The notes under the pieces are model-generated. The model ran no database searches. It had not been told where the DNA came from and saw only the letters and a list, made by a program, of their open reading frames with translations. Source: a virus (taxonomy: Duplodnaviria > Heunggongvirae > Uroviricota > Caudoviricetes). From it: 8,256 bases of DNA. The stretch lies in IMG/VR virus record IMGVR_UViG_2531839239_000027; one strand, written 5' to 3'. Position 1 is the first letter of the stretch. Every line of letters begins with the position of its first letter. Below, in pieces: positions 6,195-8,256 of the stretch. Position numbers and translations under genes: made by a program.

Positions 6195-6389
6195 GTGGAA
6201 GAGATAAAGCAAAGCGCTACCGTGATGATTGATCATGAAATCCTTAACGAGCTTAAAAAGTTGCAGTTCGATATTGTGCGCCGGATGAATGAATCAGGTA
6301 TCTACGGCAGGGCGGCAACACCAACAATAGGGCATCTTGCGCGCGTACTGTTACGCGAACGCCTGGGCATTGCAACAAGTGAGGCGTAA
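6195..6389 (+). CDS. Hypothetical small protein (64 aa, GTG start), possibly a small DNA-binding protein
   Basis: Strong Shine-Dalgarno AGGAG (6182-6186) 8 nt before the GTG. First gene after the terminator and an AT-rich promoter-like region (6110-6180; GATAAT at 6141-6146). N-terminal beta-strand then helices (ATVMIDHEILNELKKL...) suggests an RHH-like fold; speculative. Confidence 0.45.
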   Translation: MEEIKQSATVMIDHEILNELKKLQFDIVRRMNESGIYGRAATPTIGHLARVLLRERLGIATSEA

Positions 6390-6392
6390 ACA

Positions 6393-6554
6393 ATGGCTAT
6401 CACAGAACGCGAGGCAAGCATCATTAAAGCCATTGGCGAGGAAACAAGAGACACCATAGCGCCATTGATGGAAAAGATCGCAGAGCTTGAGACACGAATA
6501 AACAAGCTGAGTGATGAAGTTGAAGGCCTGATCTCGTTACTCGGTGAGCAATGA
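6393..6554 (+). CDS. Hypothetical small helical protein (53 aa); not in the supplied ORF track
   Basis: Hand translation: MAITEREASIIKAIGEETRDTIAPLMEKIAELETRINKLSDEVEGLISLLGEQ. GAGG at 6381-6384, 8 nt before the ATG, which is 3 nt after the upstream stop. Heptad-like pattern. Confidence 0.4.
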   Translation: MAITEREASIIKAIGEETRDTIAPLMEKIAELETRINKLSDEVEGLISLLGEQ

Positions 6555-6640
6555 CAGGGGGGGAGTGTTCCGGCCGGAAAGTCGATCGCCCTGGACACCG
6601 CCCCCAGTCTCATTCATAGAAAATTTTGCTTTTCAAAAAA

Positions 6641-6660
6641 GTTACACGAAAAGTTACACC
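6641..6660 (+). repeat. Two direct GTTACAC(C) repeats 12 bp apart, immediately upstream of terS
   Basis: GTTACAC at 6641-6647 and GTTACACC at 6653-6660, each preceded by an A-run. Same motif and 12-bp spacing as the array inside terS. Confidence 0.5.
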
Positions 6661-6681
6661 CCCTCAAAACGAGGTTTTTGC

Positions 6682-7170
6682 ATGGCATTAACGACCAAAA
6701 AAAAGCGGTTTGCTGATGCGTTATCAAAGGGCACAAATCCAACGGAAGCCGCGATACATGCGGGATACAGCGAAAAGACTGCAAGGGTTAAAGGCTGGCA
6801 GCTATCCAATGATCCGGAGGTGAAAAAGTATCTTAAGGCTGTAACTTCTGATGTAACTTTTCAGGTTACAAAACCGAAAAAAGTTACAAAGAAAGTTACC
6901 GAAAAAGTTACACCGGAACGGGCATCAATTAACACCATTGAGATGATGGATAACGGCCTACCCGACCCCATCAAAGCAATGGGCAGGATACTGATTGACA
7001 ACATGGACACAGATCCAAAACTGGCTTTAGATGCCGCGTTTAAGCTGGCCCAGTTCACCCACCGCAAGATCGGCAGCATTGGGAAAAAAGAGGTTAAAAA
7101 ACTCAATGCCGCTAATGTCTCCTCAAATCGGTTCCCCATCCCTAAGCCACCAACTGGCTTAAAACACTGA
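6682..7170 (+). CDS. terS: Phage terminase small subunit (Terminase_2/P27-like N-terminal HTH)
   Basis: N-terminus MALTTKKKRFADALSKGTNPTEAAIHAGYSEKTARVKGWQLSNDPEVKKYL matches the TerS pattern (KQ.lF...Y...GNaT.AAi.AGYS.KTA...G..Ll.n..V..yi). ORF-track frame opens at 6544, but the ATG at 6682 with GAGG at 6671-6674 is the likely start. 162 aa from that start. Confidence 0.75.
   Translation: MALTTKKKRFADALSKGTNPTEAAIHAGYSEKTARVKGWQLSNDPEVKKYLKAVTSDVTFQVTKPKKVTKKVTEKVTPERASINTIEMMDNGLPDPIKAMGRILIDNMDTDPKLALDAAFKLAQFTHRKIGSIGKKEVKKLNAANVSSNRFPIPKPPTGLKH
6841..6914 (+). repeat. 12-bp-periodic array of GTTAC/GTAAC pentamers inside terS
   Basis: GTAAC at 6841 and 6853; GTTACA at 6865; GTTACA at 6883; GTTACC at 6895; GTTACACC at 6907. 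Spacings of 12 bp except one 18-bp gap. Encodes the low-complexity stretch VTSDVTFQVTKPKKVTKKVTEKVT. Confidence 0.55.
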
Positions 7171-7181
7171 GGTAGCGAACT

Positions 7182-7343
7182 ATGAGCGAATACATCACAG
7201 ACCCTATTGATGTACTCACGGAAATCATGAACGACAAGCAGCAGCCAACCGAAATACGGTTACAGGCTGCCGCTGTTCTGATGCCATATTTTCACGAAAC
7301 CCTAACCCCATGTTACCAGGAGGAAGAAGATAATGATTTCTAA
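7182..7343 (+). CDS. Hypothetical small protein (53 aa); not in the supplied ORF track
   Basis: Hand translation: MSEYITDPIDVLTEIMNDKQQPTEIRLQAAAVLMPYFHETLTPCYQEEEDNDF. GAGG at 7169-7172; begins 11 nt after the terS stop and overlaps the next start by 11 nt. Confidence 0.4.
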   Translation: MSEYITDPIDVLTEIMNDKQQPTEIRLQAAAVLMPYFHETLTPCYQEEEDNDF

Positions 7344-8256
7344 AAACATGAAAGGCGTGTCGGCAGTTCGCGCCGCCAGCGTGCTTACATCGTGTAAATT
7401 CAGCCATGCAGACGCAATTGAAATGACGAAAAAAAATGATCCGGCAGTATCGAAATTTCTTGAAAAATCCATTGTTGCCGGAATGACTACGGATAATATG
7501 CCGTCGCTGGTGGCAGAGCCGATAGTAAGAGAGCTTGGCGAGTATATTTTTTCGCAGTCTGTACCAGGCAAGCTAATCAGCAGCGCGCTGAATCTTCCGT
7601 TTGGCGCAAAATTGCAGTCAATATCAGGCAAGGGTAGTAAATGGCTTAAAGAAGCCGAAGAAATCCCTGTCAAAGAGGGAGAAGTAAACGAAAGTGCGCT
7701 AAAACTGTGCAAACTTGGCGCTATTGTGATGCTGAATAACGAGCTAATCAAATTTAGCACCCCTGGTACCAATTCAGCGATCAGAGACTTGATCACATCG
7801 GAATCGGTGAAAGAAATAGATAAAAAATTTCTTTCCAGTGACCAGGAGGTGGCGGGCGTATCCCCTGAGGGCGTGCTTAATGGTGCTGATGAGGCCGAAA
7901 ACTTCATAGAGCTTTTCAAAAAGCACATAGCGAACGGTAACACGCTTGCCACGTCGTCGCTAATCTTGCCCGTAGAAAACGCCTTACAGCTTACTGATGC
8001 TGAGTTCTGGCAGATAGAGCTTTTGAGAATACCGGTAATTGTGAGCGAACAGGCGGATCGCATGATGCTGATAGACGCTCAAAAGCTGATTATTAACGTT
8101 GAAGCCACGGTTATAACCCCAACTGATGAGGCGGTAATAAAAACCGAATCAGGGACGGTTAGCCTTTTCCAGAATGACGCTACAGCGTTCAGGGCAATCA
8201 CCTATTGCGGATGGCAAAAACTCGATAAGGCCGTCACCGTTCTGGCGAAAAGCTGA
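7333..8256 (+). CDS. HK97-fold phage major capsid protein-like (no N-terminal scaffold/delta domain)
   Basis: 307 aa, complete (stop at 8254-8256). GGAGG at 7318-7322. Segments SPEGVLNGADEAENF and ATSSLILPVENALQLTDAEF line up by eye with the HK97 gp5 segments EGQLLNGDGTGDNLEGL and ASGIVLNPRDWHNIALLKD. Alignment is from memory and unverified. Confidence 0.6.
   Translation: MISKNMKGVSAVRAASVLTSCKFSHADAIEMTKKNDPAVSKFLEKSIVAGMTTDNMPSLVAEPIVRELGEYIFSQSVPGKLISSALNLPFGAKLQSISGKGSKWLKEAEEIPVKEGEVNESALKLCKLGAIVMLNNELIKFSTPGTNSAIRDLITSESVKEIDKKFLSSDQEVAGVSPEGVLNGADEAENFIELFKKHIANGNTLATSSLILPVENALQLTDAEFWQIELLRIPVIVSEQADRMMLIDAQKLIINVEATVITPTDEAVIKTESGTVSLFQNDATAFRAITYCGWQKLDKAVTVLAKS

Noticed and set aside
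6544-6681. N-terminal extension of the terS ORF as given in the ORF track
   Set aside because: The extension overlaps the upstream small gene and a GC-rich palindromic stretch. The internal ATG at 6682 has a properly spaced GAGG and begins the conserved TerS N-terminus.
7302-8063. Minus-strand ORF (253 aa) antisense to the capsid gene
   Set aside because: Ser/Leu-rich low-complexity translation typical of antisense frames, no start-site signals, and fully embedded in a well-supported + strand gene.

Overview
This window reads as the integrase-proximal ~8.3 kb of an integrated phage-satellite-like island (PICI / P4-type layout); all calls are from reading the sequence and ORF track, with no database searches run. 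Left to right on the + strand: a P4-type tyrosine integrase, a promoter/terminator-bounded small unit, an AlpA-family regulator, and a convergent minus-strand pair (ribbon-helix-helix repressor-like gene plus a doubtful small ORF) ending at its own terminator. A divergent promoter with two palindromic operators then drives a translationally coupled operon: Icd-like small protein, three unknown proteins (220, 77 and 99 aa) and a RepA-like helicase. An iteron/AT-rich origin sits directly after rep, followed by a packaging/capsid module (two small ORFs, terminase small subunit, a 53-aa ORF and an HK97-like major capsid protein ending at the window edge). No rRNA, tRNA, CRISPR array or transposase was seen. 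The most interesting unexplained content is the unknown three-gene block upstream of rep, the RHH-controlled switch, and a 12-bp-periodic GTTAC repeat array in and upstream of terS. No recognisable primase, large terminase, portal or protease lies in the window.
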